From positions 1,683,574-1,715,573 of the forward strand of contig NZ_CP025803.1 of assembly GCF_003352065.1 (NCBI RefSeq): a stretch of DNA of 32,000 nucleotides. The letters are read 5' to 3'. The position numbers were made by a program, and so were the translations under genes. The notes beneath the pieces are model-generated. The model searched no databases. It saw only the letters and a program-made list of their open reading frames with translations, and had not been told where the DNA came from. This DNA comes from Sulfitobacter sp. SK011. GTDB taxonomy: Bacteria > Pseudomonadota > Alphaproteobacteria > Rhodobacterales > Rhodobacteraceae. Positions 20,393 through 27,324 of this stretch are shown piece by piece (the first letter of the stretch is position 1; each line of letters begins with the position of its first letter).

Positions 20393-21671
20393 TCTGAACC
20401 GCTCCTTCTGCTGTGATTTGCCAAGGCTGAATGGCGTTGTAGTGGAGAAAGTTCGACGGATCGTACCTCGCCTTCCAATCCGTCCTTGTCGGCTGAACTG
20501 CACCTGTCTCATCCGTTGCGCGGCTCATGAGTACCAACGGCGCGCCGTCCCAACGCCAGGGCAACCGGAACCGGGTGAGCGCGCGCGGATGGACGGGCCC
20601 CTCCAACGCCGCCTCGGCCCAGCTTTGTCCACCGTCGGCGGAGACCTCTACGCGTTCGACCTTGCCCACACCGGACCAAGCGAGCCCGGATATTTCGTAA
20701 AACCCCGGACCATTCATCGTCATGGTGGATGAGGGATGCGTGATAAACGACTTCACACCAATTGCGAAAGTGAACTTTACAGATGAACCGTCGGCAAGGA
20801 TTTCAGTGTACTCCCCCGACTCGTGTTTAGTGTAGGCTGGCGCGTCAGTGACCCAAAGGCTCGTTAGCCACTTGACGTTCATATTCCCCTCGAAACCGGG
20901 CAGAAGCAGACGCATCGGGTATCCTTGCTCTGGCCGTATACGTTCACCGTTCTGGTAGAGCGCGATAATTCCGTCTTCCATGATTTTCTCGATTGGGATC
21001 GATCTGGCAAGTGCAGGTCCGTCGCTGCCCACAGCCACGACCCAGGTCCCTTCAGGCTTCACGCCCGCCTCGTCCATCAGGGCCGACAGTGGCACACCCG
21101 TCCATTCGGAGTTCGACAGCAGGCCATGCAGCATGTCGCATCCGGCCTGCATTGGTTCAGGCATTATGGCGTTGAAGAGGCTATTGCCGGCGCATTCCAG
21201 AAAGTGTGTCGCAGTAACCTTTGGGTAGCGTTCGAGCGCATCCAAATCGAATTTCAGCGAGCGGTCGACAAGACCATGCACCATTAACCTGTGGCTCGAG
21301 GGGTCTACATCGGGTCTCCCGCCGTGATGGACTTCAAAATGCAGTCCGCTCGGAGTTATTGTGCCCTGCAGGCGGTGATGTGGCGTGCCGGAAAGACTGA
21401 ATGCCGCGGCTACATCCTGCCATGGCTCGATAATAGCGCGCTGGACCTCGGCTTCAGCTTCCGCAGGCACCCCGTACCCGCGCGCGCGTTCGCCAGAGAT
21501 CGTAACCCAGTCAGGAATTGTGGCCTCTGCAGCAGCTCGTGTCGACGATGTTAATCCGGCCGCAACGGCCCCTGTTCCAAATAATGTACTTTTCAGCACG
21601 AGACGCCTGCTAAGCAAACCGCCACCGGCAACAAACTCGTGTTCTGCACCGTTACTTGTGTATCGATTCAT
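20379..21671 (-). CDS. Sulfite dehydrogenase molybdopterin subunit (SorA/SoxC family)
   Basis: Twin-arginine signal (LLSRRLVLKSTLF), followed by a sulfite-oxidase-type Moco domain and dimerisation domain. It is translationally coupled to a cytochrome c gene. Confidence 0.85.
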   Translation of the reverse strand: MNRYTSNGAEHEFVAGGGLLSRRLVLKSTLFGTGAVAAGLTSSTRAAAEATIPDWVTISGERARGYGVPAEAEAEVQRAIIEPWQDVAAAFSLSGTPHHRLQGTITPSGLHFEVHHGGRPDVDPSSHRLMVHGLVDRSLKFDLDALERYPKVTATHFLECAGNSLFNAIMPEPMQAGCDMLHGLLSNSEWTGVPLSALMDEAGVKPEGTWVVAVGSDGPALARSIPIEKIMEDGIIALYQNGERIRPEQGYPMRLLLPGFEGNMNVKWLTSLWVTDAPAYTKHESGEYTEILADGSSVKFTFAIGVKSFITHPSSTMTMNGPGFYEISGLAWSGVGKVERVEVSADGGQSWAEAALEGPVHPRALTRFRLPWRWDGAPLVLMSRATDETGAVQPTRTDWKARYDPSNFLHYNAIQPWQITAEGAVQNVYI

Positions 21672-21822
21672 TGATACGGCCCCCTAAAATTGCTTGCATA
21701 AACTGCTCGCACTGGGCCTCAACACTTGCGATCTGTCCAACCGCTTAGAACCATTCTAACACAAAAAGCTCGATTTTTTAAGGGCGCAGTTTACGCAAGC
21801 GAAATCTGAACTTTAGCTGCGT

Positions 21823-22094
21823 CCGCATGTGAGACATAGAACGAGAGCGCAGTGAATGGCCGGAATAGGGTTCGGTCGATTTGCAGAGTTTGAATGTCCG
21901 ATTTAGTGAAATCGTGCGGCGCCGCCGCGGGCAATGCCGCGATACGATTAAGCAATCACGGTGATTTTCGCTGCGCCAGCATCAGGCAGCTCCGTCCCGC
22001 ATCTGACGAGTTCATGTGCCGGGCAGCGGAAGTCGGCAAACCCCCGGAACCAGTTAATCGTGCTAAACGAAGCGAAGGTTCCCGCAGAGCCCAA
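21823..22094 (+). repeat. Two tandem copies of the ~100-nt hairpin repeat (weak copy 21823-21990; clear copy U2b 21991-22094)
   Basis: Hand alignment to the units at 22933, 23919 and 26630. The consensus is GTCCGCATCTGAC..AGTTCA..CAGCGAAAG.CGGCAAACCC..GTCACTCGTG..GCAGCGAAGGT..GAAGAGCCCAA. Confidence 0.5.
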
Positions 22095-22203
22095 ATAGAC
22101 ATCACAGCAAACGGGCTTGCCGGGCATTAAACGATTACGTTTAATAGTGGGGCCACAGCGCGGGCGGGGTCCAAGGGAGATCTTCATTATGCCGACTACA
22201 TTG
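22087..22203 (+). repeat. 117-bp direct repeat, copy 1 (promoter region plus the first 5 codons of the binding-protein gene)
   Basis: Identical to 25305-25421 except for one base (T at 22147 versus C at 25365). Confidence 0.92.
22117..22145 (+). promoter_or_regulatory. Candidate sigma70-type promoter TTGCCG-17 nt-TTTAAT overlapped by the palindrome ATTAAACG-ATTA-CGTTTAAT (22126-22145)
   Basis: The hexamers and 17-nt spacing were read directly. A perfect 8+8 bp inverted repeat covers the spacer and -10. It lies 43 nt upstream of the ATG at 22189, which has a GGGAG RBS. Confidence 0.4.
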
Positions 22204-22881
22204 CGCATGTTCGTTCCTGCGGCGATCCGGGCTGTCATGGACCGCCTCACGCCGCGCTTAGAAGCCGAGACAGGCGTGCGGCTCATACAAGAGGTTGAGC
22301 TTAACCCACTGATACCGAAACGGATCAGAGCTGGTGAGCCTTATGACATTGGCCTGACCAATCCACCTTATGCGAAGGCCTTGATCGTTGACGGATTTGC
22401 AGACGGCGACAGCCACCGTGCATTCGGGCGTGTCTCACTTGCGGTTGCGCGCAAGGGCGTGGCGAATGGCCAAATAATAGCGGACTCACATGGTATCGAA
22501 GCGCTTCTCCGCAGCGCAAAAAGCATAGCCTATACAGGCGCTGGGACGAGCGGACGCACCTATCTGGATGTGATGGAGCGCATGGGACTGACTGACTCCG
22601 TCTTGCCGCAAAGTTATGCGGTGGCTGGGGGCGTGCCCGCGGTGACGGTCGCGACTGGCGAATACGAGCTTGCAATTGCCCCTCTCACAACAGTGATTGC
22701 CACGCCCGGAGTCGTTCCCGCAGCCGTGTTCCCGGAACACCTTGGGACACATATAGACATGTCGGTATTTCGGACCGCCGCATCACCAACAGCCGCGGCA
22801 ACAGTGATTGACATCCTAACCGATCACGATCTCGACGATGAACTCGCTGCGGCGGGAATTGCGCGTTTTCAACTGATCTGA
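22189..22881 (+). CDS. ModA-like (SBP_bac_11 type) substrate-binding domain protein without a signal peptide
   Basis: 230 aa from the ATG at 22189. The layout is a type-2 periplasmic-binding fold resembling the molybdate/tungstate binders, including SIAYTGAGTSGRTYLDVM. No N-terminal hydrophobic leader is present. Confidence 0.6.
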   Translation: MPTTLRMFVPAAIRAVMDRLTPRLEAETGVRLIQEVELNPLIPKRIRAGEPYDIGLTNPPYAKALIVDGFADGDSHRAFGRVSLAVARKGVANGQIIADSHGIEALLRSAKSIAYTGAGTSGRTYLDVMERMGLTDSVLPQSYAVAGGVPAVTVATGEYELAIAPLTTVIATPGVVPAAVFPEHLGTHIDMSVFRTAASPTAAATVIDILTDHDLDDELAAAGIARFQLI

Positions 22882-22932
22882 TTGCGTTTTGGGCTTCCGG
22901 CAAAATTGCGCACTGATAGGAGAGGCCTGTAA

Positions 22933-23040
22933 GTCCGCATCGTCCGCATCTGACCAGTTCAGGCGGATTGTAGCGAAAGCCGGCAAACCCTGGAACCCGT
23001 CACTCGTGAAACACGCAGCGAATGTTATCGAAGAGCCCAA
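22933..23040 (+). repeat. Hairpin repeat unit U3
   Basis: By eye about 70% identical to U2b over about 105 nt. It begins with a 9-bp tandem duplication, GTCCGCATC GTCCGCATC. Confidence 0.55.
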
Positions 23041-23140
23041 CCTACTGAATGCTGCGTCATACTCAGATGTCGCCTTTGGTGACATACCTTTCAGGTATGC
23101 GTCTGTTCCTGCTATTGTGTGGGTCAGGAGGGATGTTTCT

Positions 23141-23812
23141 ATGAGTAGAATTGCATTCGAAATGCGGGACCAGATGGATGACATGTCGGAAGCCGATTTC
23201 GAAGACACCATGGGCTTGAGTAAATCTGAATTCCGCGACTACCTAAGATCGGCTGCAGACCAAGAGGATAAGTGCCTTGCGCAAGAGGGCGAACCTGCAC
23301 CCAATTTTGCCGCTCACACTCTGAACGCCGAAGGAAGTATCTCTTCCGGACTTCTGGACCTTTCCGATCTTCGTGGCGCTCCTGTCTCGCTGATATTTGG
23401 GTGCTACACATGCCCGGTTTTCCGTCGCCAATCAGATAGGATGAAGCAACTGATTGAGCACTACGGTGGACGGGTTCAGTTCGTTTTTGTCTATGTGTTG
23501 GAGGCGCATCCAACAGATGGATGGAACACTGATTCAAACAGAGCGACCGGAGTAATGTATGCCCAGACCATCAATTTGGAGGACCGTGCCAAAGTAGCCA
23601 ATGACTGGCGAAGCGCATACGAATTCGAGAATCCGGTTGTGCTTGATTGGCCAGACAATCGAATAAACGCGGATTATGCTGGAGAACCAGAACGGCTTTA
23701 TGTGCTGGACGGTGACGGCATCGTGACGTTCAAATCGGAACAGGGGCCATACTACGATAGCCATCTCGAGGACTGGGCCGCCGCCCTAGAAAATGTCGTC
23801 CGCTCAAATTAG
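23141..23812 (+). CDS. Thioredoxin-fold protein of the iodothyronine-deiodinase-like family (Cys-type)
   Basis: ATG at 23141, about 8 nt after CAGGAGGGA. The active-site-like motif LIFGCYTCPVFR resembles the deiodinase FGS-x-T-U/C-P-x-F. The upstream part of track ORF 22889-23812 covers repeat U3 and is rejected. Confidence 0.55.
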   Translation: MSRIAFEMRDQMDDMSEADFEDTMGLSKSEFRDYLRSAADQEDKCLAQEGEPAPNFAAHTLNAEGSISSGLLDLSDLRGAPVSLIFGCYTCPVFRRQSDRMKQLIEHYGGRVQFVFVYVLEAHPTDGWNTDSNRATGVMYAQTINLEDRAKVANDWRSAYEFENPVVLDWPDNRINADYAGEPERLYVLDGDGIVTFKSEQGPYYDSHLEDWAAALENVVRSN

Positions 23813-23918
23813 GCAAACTTGCATCCGCGAAGTCCCTGGGTCTCAATATTCACAGACGGCCAATTTGCCTCACAACCCGGAACCAGCCATTGGTATGACC
23901 AAGTCGCATGGCCGTTTC

Positions 23919-24017
23919 GTCCTGCATCTGTCGGGTTCGAACACGATGCAGCGAAAGCCCGGTTCTCTCAAACTTGCCGTTCATCCTCGGCGCAGCGAAG
24001 GTGTCGGAAGAGCCCAA
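23919..24017 (+). repeat. Hairpin repeat unit U4
   Basis: Alignable to U2b/U3/U5. The 5' hairpin arms are CTGCATC / GATGCAG. Confidence 0.5.
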
Positions 24018-24136
24018 TGCGGGCTTAAATTCAGTTCTTTGCACAGGTGTTGTTGGGACCGGATTTCCCTGGCAGGCTGCTTTGTGAAACAGTGTGCCAT
24101 CATACTACCCAAGCGATTTTTTTCATCGGAGTGCCT

Positions 24137-25186
24137 ATGGAACGCAAACTGGCCGCGATCTTGGCTACAGACATCGTCGGATTTGCAGGGCTCGTTTCAC
24201 GTGACGAGAGTGGAACGCTTGAAAAGCTAGAGCGTCTCAGCCGTGATGTCATCGGCATGCAGGTCGAAGCCAACAGAGGTCGCGTGTTTAAGTCAACTGG
24301 TGACGGGTTTCTGGCCGAATTTTCGAGCACACAGGAAGCGGTGAACTGTGCTTTCGGAATTCAAAGCATATTGGCACTGGAAGCACTTCGTTCAAAAACG
24401 GATGACCACCTGTTACTTCGCATTGGCGTTTCGATGGGCGACGTTGTGGTGCAGGGAGACGATCTACTGGGCGAAGGGGTCAATACCGCAGCCCGACTTG
24501 AAGCGATGGCGGAACCGGGCGGTATCGCCGTTTCCAGCGAAGTGATGTCGCAAATACGGGACAAAATCGACCTGCCACTCGAAGACTGTGGTCACAAGCG
24601 CCTGAAAAGCACCGACGCTCCGATACACGTATTTATGACGCGATCAAAAACTGGTGGCACGGGGGGATTTCTGGACTTCGATGAAAACGAATTGGCAACG
24701 ACGCTCATTAAGGGCGGCTGCCTATGTGGATCCATTAGATTTGAAGTGAATGCACCAGCAATCAGCACCGGATATTGCCATTGCAGATGTTGCCAGAAAT
24801 TTTCCGGGTCGGCAGTCAACGCGTGGACCGCCTTTCCGGCATCCGCGGTTCGGTTTCTAGACAAGGAGCCCTCCTATTTTGCTTCCTCGCCAATCGCAAA
24901 ACGAGGCTTTTGTTCCGAATGTGGAACAAGCCTAACGTACAAGCTATTTCAGCCGAAAGAGACAGCGTTTCTGGTTTTGCACACATCAAGTCTCGACGAG
25001 CCAGAAAACTATCCGCCAGCCGTCCACTCTGGAATGGAAAGCAAATTGCCGTGGTTTGATATCATGGATGATTTGCCTCGAACGCGGTCTGCTGACTCCA
25101 GAGTATTGCAGGAAGCATGGTCGAGCGTTGGCTTGCCTGACCCGGAGTCGTGGGGCCCTTGGGCAAAAACTCCTGAAGTATTCTAG
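24137..25186 (+). CDS. Class III adenylate/guanylate cyclase catalytic domain fused to a GFA (glutathione-dependent formaldehyde-activating / CENP-V-like) zinc domain
   Basis: Cyclase motifs: AAILATDIVGFAGL, KSTGDGFLAEF and RIGVSMGDVV..GEGVNTAARLE. The C-terminal part has GGCLCGSIRFEV...CHCRCCQKFSGS...FCSECGTSL. The ATG at 24137 follows GGAG. Confidence 0.8.
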   Translation: MERKLAAILATDIVGFAGLVSRDESGTLEKLERLSRDVIGMQVEANRGRVFKSTGDGFLAEFSSTQEAVNCAFGIQSILALEALRSKTDDHLLLRIGVSMGDVVVQGDDLLGEGVNTAARLEAMAEPGGIAVSSEVMSQIRDKIDLPLEDCGHKRLKSTDAPIHVFMTRSKTGGTGGFLDFDENELATTLIKGGCLCGSIRFEVNAPAISTGYCHCRCCQKFSGSAVNAWTAFPASAVRFLDKEPSYFASSPIAKRGFCSECGTSLTYKLFQPKETAFLVLHTSSLDEPENYPPAVHSGMESKLPWFDIMDDLPRTRSADSRVLQEAWSSVGLPDPESWGPWAKTPEVF

Positions 25187-25304
25187 CCGAAGTCAGTCTT
25201 GGAGCCAGTGTTGCAGCGACCCGTTGAAACCACACCGCAGAGCGGTCGCCTGGAGCTCCCAAGCTACGAAAAATGCCTGACCAATTTCGTCAGATGACCG
25301 CAAT

Positions 25305-25421
25305 GAGCCCAAATAGACATCACAGCAAACGGGCTTGCCGGGCATTAAACGATTACGTTTAATAGCGGGGCCACAGCGCGGGCGGGGTCCAAGGGAGATC
25401 TTCATTATGCCGACTACATTG
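25305..25421 (+). repeat. 117-bp direct repeat, copy 2 (orphan promoter/palindrome/RBS plus ATG CCG ACT ACA TTG, then TGG TAA)
   Basis: 116 of 117 bases are identical to 22087-22203. The palindrome is at 25344-25363. Confidence 0.92.
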
Positions 25422-25525
25422 TGGTAACTTGCATTGGGTGGCTCCTCTCATAAGCAGTTCATGTCAACTGCACTATGGCGCATTGCGACGCCGGTTGAAG
25501 CAGGAGCCATCCACCCCATCCCGCA
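25418..25525 (-). mobile_element. Orphan 5' end of an IS110-family element (non-coding leader plus the first about 6 codons, MQVTTI), recombinase body missing
   Basis: Reverse complement aligns with the leaders upstream of both IS110 recombinase genes (28605-28693 and 30188-30275). This includes the start-codon context GGAGCCACCCA-ATG and the first codons ATG CAA GTT ACC ACA AT. Confidence 0.7.
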
Positions 25526-25829
25526 CGTTACCCGTTCGCGGTCGGCACTATTTTGCGTTCGCGGCGAACGACCGGTTCGACGGGCCGCACCGCAGCATCA
25601 AACTCGCGAGGTGAACGGCAGCAAGGGGCCGGTCCTGTCGGTCCAAGTCGGCGTCGTTTTCAGCTTTATGCCGCAATGCGGAAGGCGGCTACGAGCCCTT
25701 TCCAGTCGTGTCTCGGCGGCTTCATTTCGCAGTTGCGGCAAGCTGGTCGCCATCGCTTGGATGCCTGCCAATATCGTGAGGCCGAGCGGTGTCGGCCGAG
25801 ACAATCGCCCGCCACCATGCCGAAGTCAC

Positions 25830-26480
25830 TTAACCGGCTTCCAAATCCGAAATTCGCTCGGCAAACAAGTTTTTCAGGACCGCCGACAAGGCTTCATTCC
25901 GCAAGACGCGCTGCATTTCAATCACATTTCTCTGGCCAAAAAAACGAAGCCGGTGAACTTCTTCAACACTGGGGGCTGTTTCGTCCGTTTTCACACGTTC
26001 GATATTGTTTCCGGCCTCAATCGTGCCTTCCTGAAGCACACGAAGATAGAATCCGGTTTTTGCAGTGGATATACAGGTTTCGAGTGCTTTGGATGAACCC
26101 AATTTCACCCCGAATTTATAGCAGGGCATACGTGGCATCGTAACCTCAAACACAGCCCGACCAACGCTGAACTGGTCGCCAATACGCACTTCGCTCTCGA
26201 CCAACCCCTCGGTAGTCAAGTTCTCGCCAAAGTGTCCGTGCTCAAACGGCTCTTGCCCATAGAGGTCATTGTAAAATGAATAATGTTCAATCGGCGATGC
26301 GAGAACCGCTTTGTCGGGGCCACCATGCGCCTTTAGGTTGGCCTGTTCATCTCCGTCGATATTAGTTCGGCGCACCATGCACAGGCCGCCAATTGGCTTT
26401 TTGTGGATGGCCGTGGGTACATCCTTGCCCATGTGCCGGATCATTCTTGGTTTGCCAATACTGATTGCCAGAACGCGCAT
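25830..26480 (-). CDS. MOSC domain protein (YiiM-like)
   Basis: ATG at 26480 preceded by GGAGAAAGA. The MOSC beta-barrel pattern is present (GDEQANLKAHGGPDKAV...GENLTTEGL...RIGD...EVTMPRMPCYKF) with a C-terminal helical extension. Confidence 0.8.
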   Translation of the reverse strand: MRVLAISIGKPRMIRHMGKDVPTAIHKKPIGGLCMVRRTNIDGDEQANLKAHGGPDKAVLASPIEHYSFYNDLYGQEPFEHGHFGENLTTEGLVESEVRIGDQFSVGRAVFEVTMPRMPCYKFGVKLGSSKALETCISTAKTGFYLRVLQEGTIEAGNNIERVKTDETAPSVEEVHRLRFFGQRNVIEMQRVLRNEALSAVLKNLFAERISDLEAG

Positions 26481-26629
26481 TCTTTCTCCAATCCCGGCAC
26501 ATAAAGAGGGCCGATCTGAGTGACTGCATATCACAGTTTGCACCCGCAAAGAATGGCAGCCACCGGCACAAAGTCGTGTGCTGTCCGGACGAAACCTGAA
26601 TTTTGGTGACCGCAGCGAACGGCAGGATA

Positions 26630-26730
26630 GTCCGCTTCATACCAGTTCAAGCGTAGCGCGGAGAAAGGTCCGCAAACCCCCGAAGCGGTCACTCGTGCAA
26701 TATGCAACGAAGGCCACCGAAGAGCCCGAA
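26630..26730 (+). repeat. Hairpin repeat unit U5
   Basis: Alignable to U2b/U3/U4 (..CGCAAACCCCCGAAGCGGTCACTCGTG..GCAACGAAGGCCACCGAAGAGCCCGAA). It has the same orientation although the flanking genes are on the minus strand. Confidence 0.5.
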
Positions 26731-26763
26731 GTTACCGACCTGAATCCTGTCTTCGGTAAGAGA

Positions 26764-27324
26764 TTATCTGAGGGCTGAGTCCATGCCAATGGAAGAGATG
26801 AGCTCGTAGTAGCCAAAGATGACCATTAGGAAAAAGGCGAAGAGTATGAGCTCATGCTTGAAGTGGTGGGAGTGAAAAAATTTTCTGTCGCGATGATGAA
26901 TGACATCCATCAATTCGTCGCCAAAGCGTATCGACAAAAAAGTACCTAAGCCTGACAACAGAATGACCCCCCAATAGGGAAACGGATTTGTGAATATTGT
27001 GTACAGCAGTTCGGTGAGGATCGTTGTGTCATAGTAGCTCGGGCCTAACAGAAATGTTGCAGCGTTTATGCCAAAGGCAACGATCCAAACGGCTATTTCC
27101 GAAATTACCATGCGAATACCGAATAGCAATCGGAGTGGAAAATCCAAGAGAAATCCTGCGTCGGCTATCGGCGTGCACAAAACAAAGAAACTCCACGTCA
27201 GCAAAGCCGCGATGCCGCCGGTTGCGACATCGTATTCGTAGGCCAGATACGCAAAATAGCCGACTAGAAGACCGCATAGGAGAATGAACTTGAAGAGTAC
27301 TTGTGAGTGCGGTTTTGCCGTCAT
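26764..27324 (-). CDS. Hypothetical integral membrane protein (about 5 TM segments, His-rich loop HHRDRKFFHSHHFKHE)
   Basis: 186-aa ORF from the ATG at 27324, with several clearly hydrophobic segments. GC is lower than in the backbone. No family recognised. Confidence 0.5.
   Translation of the reverse strand: MTAKPHSQVLFKFILLCGLLVGYFAYLAYEYDVATGGIAALLTWSFFVLCTPIADAGFLLDFPLRLLFGIRMVISEIAVWIVAFGINAATFLLGPSYYDTTILTELLYTIFTNPFPYWGVILLSGLGTFLSIRFGDELMDVIHHRDRKFFHSHHFKHELILFAFFLMVIFGYYELISSIGMDSALR

Noticed and set aside
22889-23140. Upstream 84 codons of track ORF 22889-23812. The same applies to 24047-24136 of ORF 24047-25186 and 22117-22188 of ORF 22117-22881.
   Set aside because: These extensions run through the intergenic hairpin repeats or the 117-bp repeat. 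In each case the internal ATG has a good RBS and begins the recognisable domain.
25434-26143. Plus-strand ORFs 25434-26096 and 25553-26143
   Set aside because: They start inside the IS110 leader remnant and run antisense to the MOSC gene. The translation is Arg/Ser/Pro-rich with no domains.
21991-26730. Interpretation of the ~100-nt repeats as integron attC sites or as a CRISPR array
   Set aside because: I could not find the RYYYAAC / GTTRRRY core pair or end-to-end imperfect palindromy, and there is no intI in the window, so they are not classical attC. They are also not CRISPR: the repeats are about 100 nt long, only about 70% similar to each other and about 1 kb apart, with whole genes between them.
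24137-27324. Cyclase as part of a Pycsar/CBASS-like antiphage signalling pair with the downstream membrane protein
   Set aside because: No cNMP-binding, TIR or other effector domain is visible. The membrane protein is 1.6 kb away on the opposite strand, behind another gene and repeats. There is no operon structure.
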